Assembly: GCA_014874265.1 (NCBI GenBank)
Contig: JACWAM010000018.1
Span: 5,955 to 69,954 of the forward strand
Direction of reading: 5' to 3'
Length of the DNA: 64,000 nucleotides
Source of the DNA: Thermoleophilia bacterium
GTDB taxonomy: Bacteria > Actinomycetota > Thermoleophilia > BMS3ABIN01
Positions 39,119 to 47,827 of this stretch are shown here, in pieces. The translations under genes were made by a program, and so were the position numbers. Within the stretch, counting starts at the first letter, position 1. Each line of letters opens with the position of its first letter. Below the pieces are notes generated by a model. That model saw only the letters and a program-made list of their open reading frames with translations. It did not search any database and was not told the DNA's origin.

Positions 39119-39448
39119 ATGAATCAACACCACCCCGGTTCAAAAAAGGAAGACAAGCTGTTAGAATTAGAAGACAGGCCGCCGTTGGCGGCTTCTGCTC
39201 TTCATCTGGTCGTGCAAGGGCGGGAGAAGGTTTATCTTGGTCCCCGGGATATGCGGTCTTTGCTGGAAGCTCTGGGCGAGAACCTGTCATACGCCAATGT
39301 GCGTCTCAACGGCACGGTCCTAAACAGGCGGGATTTTGAAAATATCCCTTTGCAAGACGGGGACAGAGTAGATTTCCTTTATTTTATGGGAGGGGGAAGT
39401 TGTTCGATCTCTCCGAAGCTGAAATCGAGCGTTACTCCAGGCATATAA
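39119..39448 (+). CDS. ThiS/MoaD/CysO-like sulfur-carrier protein with an encoded C-terminal tail beyond Gly-Gly
   Basis: ...VRLNGTVLNRRDFENIPLQDGDRVDFLYFMGGG-SCSISPKLKSSVTPGI*. The beta-grasp core ends GGG and the frame runs 18 codons further, overlapping the moeB start. GGAGG RBS precedes ATG 39119. Confidence 0.6.
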   Translation: MNQHHPGSKKEDKLLELEDRPPLAASALHLVVQGREKVYLGPRDMRSLLEALGENLSYANVRLNGTVLNRRDFENIPLQDGDRVDFLYFMGGGSCSISPKLKSSVTPGI

Positions 39449-40230
39449 TCCTGCCCGAGCTGGGTGGCGCGGGGCAGCAGAAACTGAAACAGGCGAGCGT
39501 CCTTGTGGTTGGCGCCGGCGGGCTTGGATCTCCGGCGCTGCTTTACCTTACCGCGGCGGGAGTGGGCCGGATTGGCGTCATCGAGGACGACGTTGTCGAT
39601 TTGACCAATCTTCAGCGCCAGGTTCTACATGGCACCTCTGACGTGGGACGGCCGAAGGTGGTCAGCGCCAGCGAGACGATGAAACAGCTCAACCCGCATG
39701 TCCAGATCGATGTTTACAATCAACGCCTCACCAAGGAAAACATTTTTGACATCATTGAAAAATATGATGTTATTGTCGACGGCGTTGATAACTTTCCGAC
39801 GCGTTACCTTTTAAACGACGCCTGCGTCATGAAGCAGAAAACGCTGGTGGAGGGCGGCATACTCCGCTTTATGGGACTGATCATGAGTATTCGCGGTGGC
39901 GAGACCGCCTGCTACCGCTGCGTTTTTGAGGATCCACCTCCGCCCGGAGCTGTGCCCAGTTGCGCTGAAGCTGGAGTCCTGGGCGCGGTCGCCGGCGTGG
40001 TCGGGACCATGCAGGCCACCGAAGTGCTCAAAATTCTGACTGGATTCGGGCAGCCGCTTTATGATCGGCTACTCCAATTCGACGCCGAGGAGCTCCGTTT
40101 CCACGAGGTTAAGGCAAGGCGCAATCCAAAATGCCCGGTTTGCGGCGAAGATCCCAGTATTACCGAGCTCATCGAGTATGAATACACCTGTGAAACCCAG
40201 ACTCCGCTAGCTGATGCCGGGGGGGATTAA
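39400..40230 (+). CDS. ThiF/MoeB-type E1-like adenylyltransferase (no rhodanese domain)
   Basis: TTG start after RBS ggaggggga. (M)FDLSEAEIERYSRHIILPELGGAGQQKL...VGAGGLGSP with C-terminal CxxC...CPVC Zn site. Confidence 0.8.
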   Translation: MFDLSEAEIERYSRHIILPELGGAGQQKLKQASVLVVGAGGLGSPALLYLTAAGVGRIGVIEDDVVDLTNLQRQVLHGTSDVGRPKVVSASETMKQLNPHVQIDVYNQRLTKENIFDIIEKYDVIVDGVDNFPTRYLLNDACVMKQKTLVEGGILRFMGLIMSIRGGETACYRCVFEDPPPPGAVPSCAEAGVLGAVAGVVGTMQATEVLKILTGFGQPLYDRLLQFDAEELRFHEVKARRNPKCPVCGEDPSITELIEYEYTCETQTPLADAGGD

Positions 40231-40651
40231 TCTTACCCGCTCCCAGCTCGAGGCTGTTTTTGAGCACGCGAAGCGGCAGCAGCCTGAAGAAGCATGCGGT
40301 ATTCTCGCGGGCGATCCGGACGGAAGCGTGCGCCGCGTCTTTTTGATGGAGAACGCCGAGCACAGCTCGATCCTGTATATGATGGACTCGACCGAGCAGT
40401 TCGAGGTTTTTGATCAGATGGAAAAGGATGGCCTTGAACTGGTCGCCATCTTTCATTCTCACCCCCACTCTCCCGCCTTTCCCTCTGCCCGCGACTTGGA
40501 ACTGGCTTTCTATCCGGAATCGCTATACCTGATCGTGTCTCTCATGGATGACGAGCCTCAGTATCATGCCTTCAGGCTCGCCAGAGGCCAGGTTGCTGAA
40601 GCCCCGCTGGTTATTCTGGATGATATAAAAGAGAGCCTTGATGAAGCCTGA
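40214..40651 (+). CDS. JAMM/MPN+ metalloprotease (Mec+/CysO-processing type)
   Basis: EACGIL...HSHPHSPAFPSARD, the JAMM motif. Confidence 0.75.
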   Translation: MPGGINLTRSQLEAVFEHAKRQQPEEACGILAGDPDGSVRRVFLMENAEHSSILYMMDSTEQFEVFDQMEKDGLELVAIFHSHPHSPAFPSARDLELAFYPESLYLIVSLMDDEPQYHAFRLARGQVAEAPLVILDDIKESLDEA

Positions 40652-41477
40652 AACCGGGCCGGCTGGCGCTGCAAATGATTTAAACCGGCTCATTCTTGCC
40701 ATCAAGCCGCTGGATAGCCTGGCGGTGGGATTCTCCGGCGGAGTCGATTCATCGGTAGTGGTAGCCGCTGCGGTTGAAGCGTTGGGAGCGGGAAATGTGG
40801 TGGCCGTTACCTCAGCCTCGGAGACCTTGCCGGCCCGGGAGATGAAAGCAGCCCGCCATCTGGCCCGGAAAATCGGATGCCGCCACGAAATCATCCGGAC
40901 CGGCGAGCTTGAGATGAATGAGTTTGCCGCCAACCCTCCCGACCGCTGTTACTATTGCAAAACGGAGCTGTGGAAACAGGTTAGGAAAATCGCTTCGGAA
41001 TTGGGGCTAAAGAATATTGCTGACGGCGTCAACGCCTCCGATTTGGGAGACTTCCGTCCCGGGATCAGGGCCAGCGACGAATGCGGCGTCGCGCACCCGC
41101 TCGCGGCGATCGGCGCCGGCAAGGAGCAGGTCCGTGGCATCGCCCGGGAGCTGGGCCTTCCCAACTGGGGCAAGCCCGCCGAGGCATGCCTTTCATCCCG
41201 CTTTCCTTACGGTAACACCATTACGGCCGCCGGCCTCAAGCGCGTGGAGCGGGCCGAGGAACTGCTCAAGGAGAACGGGTTTAGGCAGCTGCGCGTTAGA
41301 GACCACGGGGACATCGCCCGCATTGAGGTGCCGCCAGAGGTGTTTCATAAACTGACGAATGGCAGCAGATCAGAAATTGTAAAAGGACTCAAGGAACTTG
41401 GTTATAGCTACGTTACCGTTGACCTGGAAGGGTTCCGGAGTGGCAGCATGAACGAAACGCTAAAAAACAGTTCATAG
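40638..41477 (+). CDS. LarE-like PP-loop ATP pyrophosphatase (TIGR00268 family)
   Basis: SGGVDSS PP-loop, then DRCYYCK...ACLSSRFPYG. Confidence 0.65.
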   Translation: MMKPETGPAGAANDLNRLILAIKPLDSLAVGFSGGVDSSVVVAAAVEALGAGNVVAVTSASETLPAREMKAARHLARKIGCRHEIIRTGELEMNEFAANPPDRCYYCKTELWKQVRKIASELGLKNIADGVNASDLGDFRPGIRASDECGVAHPLAAIGAGKEQVRGIARELGLPNWGKPAEACLSSRFPYGNTITAAGLKRVERAEELLKENGFRQLRVRDHGDIARIEVPPEVFHKLTNGSRSEIVKGLKELGYSYVTVDLEGFRSGSMNETLKNSS

Positions 41478-41482
41478 TCGCC

Positions 41483-41536
41483 AGTTTCTGGTTTTTGAAA
41501 AAAACAATTAAAAAGTGCAGCCCAAAACCAGAAACT
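41483..41536. repeat. 13-bp inverted repeat (agtttctggtttt / aaaaccagaaact) with 28-nt A-rich loop between convergent genes
   Basis: Seen directly; probable bidirectional terminator-like structure. Confidence 0.4.
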
Positions 41537-41553
41537 AAAAACTCGAAGCTGAC

Positions 41554-41811
41554 TTATTCGATGAACGAATCCAGAAACTCGACCTCAATGCCCAGATCCT
41601 GTAAATAGTTGATTGCTCTGTCAAGCTCATTGTCCTCGCCGCTTAATTCCAGGACCATCCAGCCGAATTTCTCGTCGACGTTGGCGCGCCTGATGTTGGG
41701 GATGACATCGAATTCCTTGGCGAGATTGTATGTGACGGGTTTCTGAATCAGACGTTCCGGAAAGGTAAGTTCGAGCCGCTTTGTTCTCATTTTTTCCTCC
41801 TGACAATTCAC
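41554..41811 (-). CDS. small NIL/ACT-like domain protein
   Basis: 85 aa, RLELTFPERLIQKPVTYNLAKEFDVIPNIRRANVDE...GWMVLELSGEDNELDRAINYL. Likely start at MRTKRL (41790). Confidence 0.45.
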   Translation of the reverse strand: MNCQEEKMRTKRLELTFPERLIQKPVTYNLAKEFDVIPNIRRANVDEKFGWMVLELSGEDNELDRAINYLQDLGIEVEFLDSFIE

Positions 41812-41922
41812 CGCTCCGGTGTGGGTATTTTGTTAATATAAAAGATAGATGAACACATTGCCACAGGTCATAAAATTAACAGATTGTTCTCAAATCCGGC
41901 ATGGTTGTTATCGTAGTGGAAT

Positions 41923-42771
41923 TTGCCGTTATTTAGTTTTGTGAAGCGAGATATGAAATTTTTTCGAAAAACAGCTTCACTGATGGCCGCCACCGGCGCC
42001 GCTAGCTATTTCTGGTTTAACCGCGGCGGCGATCTGAGCCGCGCCATGACAGCAATCAGGAGCGACATTGAAGCTATTCGGGAGCGCGACCCGGCGGCCG
42101 CAAGTCTGATTGAGACGCTAACATGCTATTCCGGACTACACGCCATCTTCCTGCACCGCCTGGCAAATTTTCTCTATCAGGAGAAGATCCCCCTGGCTCC
42201 CAGGCTGGTTTCGCAGATGAACCGTTTCATCACAGGGATCGAGATCCACCCGGCGGCGCGGATCGGCGAAGGTTTTTTTATCGATCACGGTGCCGGCGTT
42301 GTGATCGGAGAGACTGCCGAAGTTGGTGACAATGTAACACTTTATCAGGGCGTTACTCTCGGAGGCACTGGCAAGGAGTGCGGCAAGAGGCATCCGACTC
42401 TGCTCGATGGCGTCACCGTCGGAGCGGGAGCGAAAGTTCTGGGAGCGGTGACGATTGGCAAGAATGCCAAAATCGGCGCGGGCAGCATAGTCATCCACGA
42501 TGCGCCGGCGGATTCGACCGTGGTGGGCAACCCCGGCCGGCCGGTTAGAGAGCGGGGACGCAAGGTGGGGGCCGCCGATATCGACTGGACGCACCTGCCG
42601 GACCCGGTTGCCGACGCGATGCAATCGCTGGTCCGCCGTGTCGTCGAGCTGGAGAACGAGTTCAAGGAAGCTTTCCCGGAGAAGCGCGAGGAGATTGAGA
42701 AGGCGCAAGAGCAGGGCGAACGCGAGATTGAAAAAGTTTTTGATTATTATCACAGAAGCGGCAACAAATAG
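41923..42771 (+). CDS. cysE: serine O-acetyltransferase
   Basis: 282 aa with hexapeptide-repeat core GIEIHPAARIGEGFFIDHGAGVVIGETAEVGDNVTLYQGVTLGG and an unusual charged C-terminal extension. Confidence 0.85.
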   Translation: MPLFSFVKRDMKFFRKTASLMAATGAASYFWFNRGGDLSRAMTAIRSDIEAIRERDPAAASLIETLTCYSGLHAIFLHRLANFLYQEKIPLAPRLVSQMNRFITGIEIHPAARIGEGFFIDHGAGVVIGETAEVGDNVTLYQGVTLGGTGKECGKRHPTLLDGVTVGAGAKVLGAVTIGKNAKIGAGSIVIHDAPADSTVVGNPGRPVRERGRKVGAADIDWTHLPDPVADAMQSLVRRVVELENEFKEAFPEKREEIEKAQEQGEREIEKVFDYYHRSGNK

Positions 42772-42953
42772 TTTTGCGGGCATTCGCGCCGGAAACGGTG
42801 AATGCTGACGTGAAGCGGGCTGTCTGATATTATTGTTTATATGGCAAGTCCGCAAACATGACTAGCACAGCAGGTAATTGCGGCAGGGCCGTAGCCGGAT
42901 ATATCCTGCCGGGATAGGTCTCAAATCAATTAATTACGGAGAGTGAATTACAA

Positions 42954-43262
42954 TTGAGCAAAGTACGGAGGTTAGTACTTGACGTTCTTAAACCGCACCA
43001 GCCGACCATACTTGACCTGGCGGTCAAACTGGGCGACCTGGAAGGTATCGAGGGAACCGACGTCGTTCTGAACGAGATTGACAACAAGGTGGAAAATATC
43101 AAGATCACGCTGGAAGGATCGCATATAAACTTTGATGAAGTGGCGGCAGTAGTCCAGGAGAGTGGCGGCAGTATCCACAGCATCGACAAGGTGTCCACCG
43201 GCCGCGAGCTGATCGAGGAAGCAAATACGCCCCAGGATATCACTGCCCGCTGGATGAGATAA
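42954..43262 (+). CDS. DUF211-family protein
   Basis: 102 aa, VRRLVLDVLKPHQP. Confidence 0.5.
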   Translation: MSKVRRLVLDVLKPHQPTILDLAVKLGDLEGIEGTDVVLNEIDNKVENIKITLEGSHINFDEVAAVVQESGGSIHSIDKVSTGRELIEEANTPQDITARWMR

Positions 43263-43328
43263 GGGGGCCGACGGCTCCTGAAAATTCCATCTATTCGCAC
43301 CCTTCGTGAATATCATCGCATCGCCCGT

Positions 43329-43868
43329 GTGGGCGAGATCGTCCGGCGCTACTTCGCACTCAATGCGTTTGACGGAGCGCTCACTATTCTCGGAGTTCTG
43401 GTGGGTGGTTATTTCGGCCAGATCAGGAGCGCGGGCTCGGTCATCACGCTGGTATTAACTGCCGCGTTTGCCATCGGTATTTCCGGTTTTTACGGGGCAT
43501 ATATGATCGAGCGGGCGGAGCGGCGCCGTTCGCTGGCTGAACTGGAGCGGTCAACCTTAAGCAACCTGGAGCATACCGAGATCGGCCGGGCCTCGGTTTA
43601 CGCCACCGTCGTCGTATCGCTGGTTGATGGTCTCTCTCCTTTTGGAGCGTCGCTGATCGCCGTCTCGCCGTTTTTTTTGGGGAGGTCGCTCGGTATAGAA
43701 ACGGAATATTACGCCGCCTTTGCGCTGGCGTTCGCCGAACTGTTTGGCTTGGGCATCTTCCTCGGGTTGATTTCCCGGGAGCATGTGGTTTTTTCCGGGT
43801 TCAAGATGGTGGTCGCAGGGCTTCTCTGCCTGTTGGTGGGATACCTGCTTAAGGGAGCGGCGCTTTAA
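43329..43868 (+). CDS. VIT1/CCC1-like membrane protein
   Basis: 179 aa, FALNAFDGALTILGVLVGG with 4-5 TM helices. Confidence 0.4.
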   Translation: MGEIVRRYFALNAFDGALTILGVLVGGYFGQIRSAGSVITLVLTAAFAIGISGFYGAYMIERAERRRSLAELERSTLSNLEHTEIGRASVYATVVVSLVDGLSPFGASLIAVSPFFLGRSLGIETEYYAAFALAFAELFGLGIFLGLISREHVVFSGFKMVVAGLLCLLVGYLLKGAAL

Positions 43869-43946
43869 AAAAGTTTCCGGTTTCAGGTTTCTAGTTTAAG
43901 AATCGGTATTTTGTTGCCAGTGTGATAAAAGCGACAAGACCTAAGA

Positions 43947-46154
43947 TTGATTATTAAGTCATTGGCAAACATGTCAATAAATCAAACAAATATCGCGTCC
44001 CTTGTCGAGGGGCTGAACCAGCCCCAGCGCCTGGCCGTGGAGCAAGCCGGAGGCCCGCTGCTGGTCCTGGCCGGGGCCGGCAGCGGCAAGACGCGGGTGT
44101 TGACCCACCGGGTGGCCTATCTGATCGCCGCTGGCGCCGCCAGACCGCACGAGATTCTGGCGATTACTTTTACCAATAAGGCAGCAAATGAGATGAAGGA
44201 GCGGATCGAAGCCCTGATCGGACCAATAGCGCGCACCATGTGGATCAGCACGTTTCATGCGGCTTGCGCCCGTATTCTTCGCCGGGATGCGCAACTGCTG
44301 GGCTATCAGAGAAACTTCACTATCTACGACGCGGCAGATCAGGTGCGCCTGGTTAAGCGCTGCCTGTCAGATTTAGGATATGATGTAAAGCGTTTCCCGC
44401 CCAAGGGTGTGCACGCCAATATTTCTGCCGCTAAAAACAAGCTGATCGATGCAAACGAATTTGCCGAAATGGTGGATGGCTTTTTCGACGATACCGTTTC
44501 CAAGGCATACGAGCTTTATCAGAAAAAACTGTTCGCCAACAACGCAATGGACTTTGATGATCTACTGCTCAGGACCGTCGATCTTTTCCGCCGGTTTCCG
44601 GAGCGGCTGGAGCATTATCAAAACAGTTTCCGGCACATTCTCGTGGATGAATACCAGGATACGAATCACGCCCAGTACACGCTGGTAAACATGCTGGGGC
44701 AACTGCACCGGAATGTGTGCGTCGTCGGAGACGACGACCAGAGCATCTACTCATGGCGCGGCGCTGACATCCGGAACATCCTCGATTTCGAGCAGGATTA
44801 TCCCGAGGCGGTTACAGTCAAACTGGAACAGAACTACCGATCGACGCAAACGATTCTGAGCGCCGCCAATTGTATTATCGCAAATAACCGCGACCGCAAA
44901 AACAAGGAATTGTGGACGGCGCTTGGCCAGGGAGAAACGATCCAGATAATGGAAGCGGAGGACGAGCACTCAGAGGCGCGTTTTGTCGCCGGCGAGATTT
45001 CGAGGATGAAGCATGAGGAGGGATTCTCTTATGGAGACGTTGCCGTTTTTTACCGCGTGAACGCCCAATCGCGGGTGCTGGAGGATATTCTCGTCCGCTA
45101 CGGTATCCCCTACCGCGTTGTTGGCGGGACAAAGTTTTACGAGCGGGCCGAGATCAAGGATGCGCTTGCTTATCTGCAACTGCTGGAGAATCCCGCTGAT
45201 TCCGTCGCCTTTGCCAGGATTGTCAATTCGCCCAAGCGCGGGATTGGCATTGCCAGCGTGGCAACGCTGACAAGATACGCCGACGCTGAGGGGTTGTCCA
45301 TGATGGAGGCAGCCGGACAAGCGGCCGGGATCGCTGATCTCAGGCCGGCGTCGGCCCGGGCGCTGGAAGATTTCAGCCACCGAATGTCTGAGTTGGCGGA
45401 AGCGGCCGCGGGTACGCCCGTGGCGGAGATCATGGATGAGATGTTAAACGCGACCGGTTACGTCGAGGCCCTGCAGGCCGAGCGGACTATCGAAGCCGAG
45501 GGACGCCTGGAAAACCTGATGGAGATTGTCGGTGTGGCGGGGGAATACGACCGCCGGGCGCCCGGCGGCTCTCTCGGCGATTTCCTCCAGGAGATTTCAC
45601 TCTATACAGATATCGATCAGCTGGCCGAGGAAAAAGAAGTGGTGACGCTGATGACGCTTCACAACGCCAAGGGGCTGGAGTTTCCGGTTGTACTTATTAT
45701 CGGCGCCGAGGAGGGCGTTTTCCCCCACTCCCGCTCTCTGGAGGAACAAAATCTGGAAGAAGAGCGCCGCCTCTGCTATGTCGGCATGACACGCGCGATG
45801 AGCAGACTTTATTTCTCATTTGCGGTTACCCGCAACCTGTACGGCTCGCGCAGCTATAACATGGCCTCTCGCTTTATCGCCGAGATGCCGGAAGATCTGG
45901 TTGAGGTGCGGACGGCCCGGGCGGGGCGCGATTTTCGTCCGGCGCATGACGCCGCTGGAGCGTCTCCGGCTGCTTTCATCGGTGAAAAGGATCCAGACGC
46001 ATTTTTCCGCGTTGGCGATAATGTGATTCACGCGGCGTTTGGCAAAGGAAAAGTTACCGGGGTCGAACCGGGTGGAACCGTGGCGGTTAAATTCGACCTG
46101 GACGGTAGCGAGCGCAAGCTAATGATAGACTACGCTCCCATACGGAAAGCGTAA
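43947..46154 (+). CDS. pcrA: ATP-dependent DNA helicase UvrD/PcrA
   Basis: 735 aa with AGAGSGKT (motif I), DEYQDTN (motif II) and a C-terminal UvrD-C/Tudor-like region. Start could be Met at 43971. Confidence 0.9.
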   Translation: MIIKSLANMSINQTNIASLVEGLNQPQRLAVEQAGGPLLVLAGAGSGKTRVLTHRVAYLIAAGAARPHEILAITFTNKAANEMKERIEALIGPIARTMWISTFHAACARILRRDAQLLGYQRNFTIYDAADQVRLVKRCLSDLGYDVKRFPPKGVHANISAAKNKLIDANEFAEMVDGFFDDTVSKAYELYQKKLFANNAMDFDDLLLRTVDLFRRFPERLEHYQNSFRHILVDEYQDTNHAQYTLVNMLGQLHRNVCVVGDDDQSIYSWRGADIRNILDFEQDYPEAVTVKLEQNYRSTQTILSAANCIIANNRDRKNKELWTALGQGETIQIMEAEDEHSEARFVAGEISRMKHEEGFSYGDVAVFYRVNAQSRVLEDILVRYGIPYRVVGGTKFYERAEIKDALAYLQLLENPADSVAFARIVNSPKRGIGIASVATLTRYADAEGLSMMEAAGQAAGIADLRPASARALEDFSHRMSELAEAAAGTPVAEIMDEMLNATGYVEALQAERTIEAEGRLENLMEIVGVAGEYDRRAPGGSLGDFLQEISLYTDIDQLAEEKEVVTLMTLHNAKGLEFPVVLIIGAEEGVFPHSRSLEEQNLEEERRLCYVGMTRAMSRLYFSFAVTRNLYGSRSYNMASRFIAEMPEDLVEVRTARAGRDFRPAHDAAGASPAAFIGEKDPDAFFRVGDNVIHAAFGKGKVTGVEPGGTVAVKFDLDGSERKLMIDYAPIRKA

Positions 46155-46224
46155 AAAAGACATCACCCGATTACACTTCTCTCCACTTCTCTCCCATTCA
46201 GCGGTAACCGGTACGGCTATTTGA

Positions 46225-46662
46225 TCAGCGGCAATCCCAAGATTCCTGCTCCAGCTTCTCTCTTAGAGCCGCCTTTGCTTCGCTGCCCTGCCTGAGCAGC
46301 TTCACTTCCGCTTCCAGGTTGGAAGGTTTCATCCGCAAGATCCAGCCGGCTCCGTAGGGATCCTCATTGATGAGGCCTGCCTTGGTCCGCAGATTCTCGT
46401 TTATCTCGATGATCTTGCCGGAGAGCGGCGCGTGAACCGGACCGACATACTTCCCGCTTTCGATGATGGCGACGCGCTTGCCCATTGAAACATCGTCGCC
46501 GATTTCGCGTGGCCGGAGAAAAAGAATGTTGCCGGCAATATGCTGGCCGACATCGGTCAGCCCGGCGGTGACGTTGCCGTCGTCATCAAACCGGACCCAC
46601 ATCTGATCCTCGACGTCGTAAAGGATTCCGTCTTCGGGAAAAACGCAGCCCTCTATTTCCAC
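46225..46662 (-). CDS. glycine-cleavage H-protein-like (lipoyl-carrier, LbpA-like) protein
   Basis: 145 aa, GTG start, AIIESGKYVGPVHAPLSGKII (GcvH lipoyl-Lys region). Stand-alone with no gcvT/gcvP nearby. Confidence 0.65.
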   Translation of the reverse strand: MEIEGCVFPEDGILYDVEDQMWVRFDDDGNVTAGLTDVGQHIAGNILFLRPREIGDDVSMGKRVAIIESGKYVGPVHAPLSGKIIEINENLRTKAGLINEDPYGAGWILRMKPSNLEAEVKLLRQGSEAKAALREKLEQESWDCR

Positions 46663-46726
46663 CTTGCTCCCCCTTGCTGTAACCCGGCAAAGCCTTGCGA
46701 ATCAAAAAATCCAGACAAACGAAAAA

Positions 46727-46755
46727 ATTCTATTCCTGGAGCGGGTTCTTGTCAA
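46727..46755 (-). promoter_or_regulatory. sigma-A-type promoter TTGACA-17-TAGAAT for the gcvH-like gene
   Basis: Minus strand ttgacaagaacccgctccaggaatagaat. Confidence 0.5.
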
Positions 46756-46842
46756 TTGACGTGTTGTTACCCGTATCGACCGAGATTGGCGCCCGGCTCG
46801 CCCGTCCGGTAGGTCAGGGCCCCTCCTTCCCGGGTTTTTGGA

Positions 46843-47184
46843 TCACATGCCGGGCCGGGCTCCAAGCGAGGCGCGGCGGCGTTTATCCGCCCGTATTTGT
46901 GGATCGTCGTCAAGCCACCCGATAAGCAGGGCCAGGACTGCGGGGGCATACCGGTTCTGCTTGCTGCTGCTTAAGACGTACCATACCCTGCGTCCGTCCC
47001 GCCTGCGGGTGACCAGCCCGGCGCTACTCAAGACCGCCAGGTGACTTGAGACAGTTGACTGGCGGGCCCTGATAACGGCCACCATCTGGTCAACCGTGAG
47101 CTCGCCGCCTTCCAGCAGCTTTAAAATCCTGACCCTCGTGGGATCGCCTGCGGCTTTCATAACCTGTTCAAATTGCCGGATCAA
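46843..47184 (-). CDS. ArsR/SmtB-family transcriptional regulator (no cysteines)
   Basis: 113 aa, TTG start, GDPTRVRILKLL...LTVDQMVAVIRARQSTVSSHLAVL. Confidence 0.8.
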   Translation of the reverse strand: MIRQFEQVMKAAGDPTRVRILKLLEGGELTVDQMVAVIRARQSTVSSHLAVLSSAGLVTRRRDGRRVWYVLSSSKQNRYAPAVLALLIGWLDDDPQIRADKRRRASLGARPGM

Positions 47185-47283
47185 GGTTGCTCCGGTCTGG
47201 AATTGCCATTATTCCAGGCAGCATCATAATATAAAATGCTATTATATCGATTTTTATCGATGCTTAAAATCATGCTTAATGAA

Positions 47284-47307
47284 ATACATCGTTGTAAAAC
47301 GATGTAT
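47284..47307. promoter_or_regulatory. perfect 10-4-10 palindrome ATACATCGTT-gtaa-AACGATGTAT in AT-rich ArsR upstream region (candidate operator)
   Basis: Seen directly. Lies between the tandem repeat and a TATAAT-like box upstream of the ArsR gene. Confidence 0.5.
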
Positions 47308-47355
47308 TATTTCAGAGAGAATAACTGCTCGCTCAGCATAGCCAACAACATATCA

Positions 47356-47395
47356 AGTGCGGGGATTGACGAGATAGTGCGGGGATTGACGAGAT
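47356..47395. repeat. perfect tandem duplication 2 x 20 bp (agtgcggggattgacgagat)
   Basis: Seen directly. Lies between the dsrE-like stop and the arsR promoter. Confidence 0.8.
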
Positions 47396-47443
47396 ACGGC
47401 CGAGCGAGGACGAAGCGCAGCAAGAGGACGTTCGGGAGATCAG

Positions 47444-47827
47444 TTAAAAATACATTACCTTGTCGGCTTCCATAACGGCTTCGATGATCGCGGCAGCCCC
47501 CCGCATTTCGCAACCATCGATGAGATCATCCATGGTTAGATCTTCCGCCTCCATGGCTTGGGCGCATACCATGAATTTCACGCTGTCCCGCCGGGCGCGG
47601 TCCAGCCAGGTCCTTAAATTGACACCGCTATCAGGGACAAGCTCAATTTTTTCTGCCGTCTCCCTTCTCAGAATTGTTACCCCTTCCATCATGAACCAAA
47701 TGGAAGCCTCGATGTCCATCGCTACCGCTGTAATGGCAAGATAAAGAGGAGCATAGGTTCTTTTTGGCTCCCTGATGCCACTGGTTTGAATTATCAGGAT
47801 AGACTGCTTCTCTATGGATGCTTCCAC
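47444..47827 (-). CDS. DsrE/DsrF-like family protein
   Basis: 127 aa, SILIIQTSGIREPKRTYAPLYLAITAVAMD...FMVCAQA with a conserved Cys. Confidence 0.7.
   Translation of the reverse strand: MEASIEKQSILIIQTSGIREPKRTYAPLYLAITAVAMDIEASIWFMMEGVTILRRETAEKIELVPDSGVNLRTWLDRARRDSVKFMVCAQAMEAEDLTMDDLIDGCEMRGAAAIIEAVMEADKVMYF

Noticed and set aside
42136-42855. 239-aa minus-strand ORF over cysE.
   Set aside because: It is the antisense frame of a clear hexapeptide-repeat acetyltransferase.
47185-47443. Whether the AT-rich 260-bp island with tandem repeats is a remnant IS or MITE end.
   Set aside because: There are no terminal inverted repeats flanking a unit and no target-site duplication. The content (palindrome plus TATAAT-like boxes) fits a promoter/operator region better.
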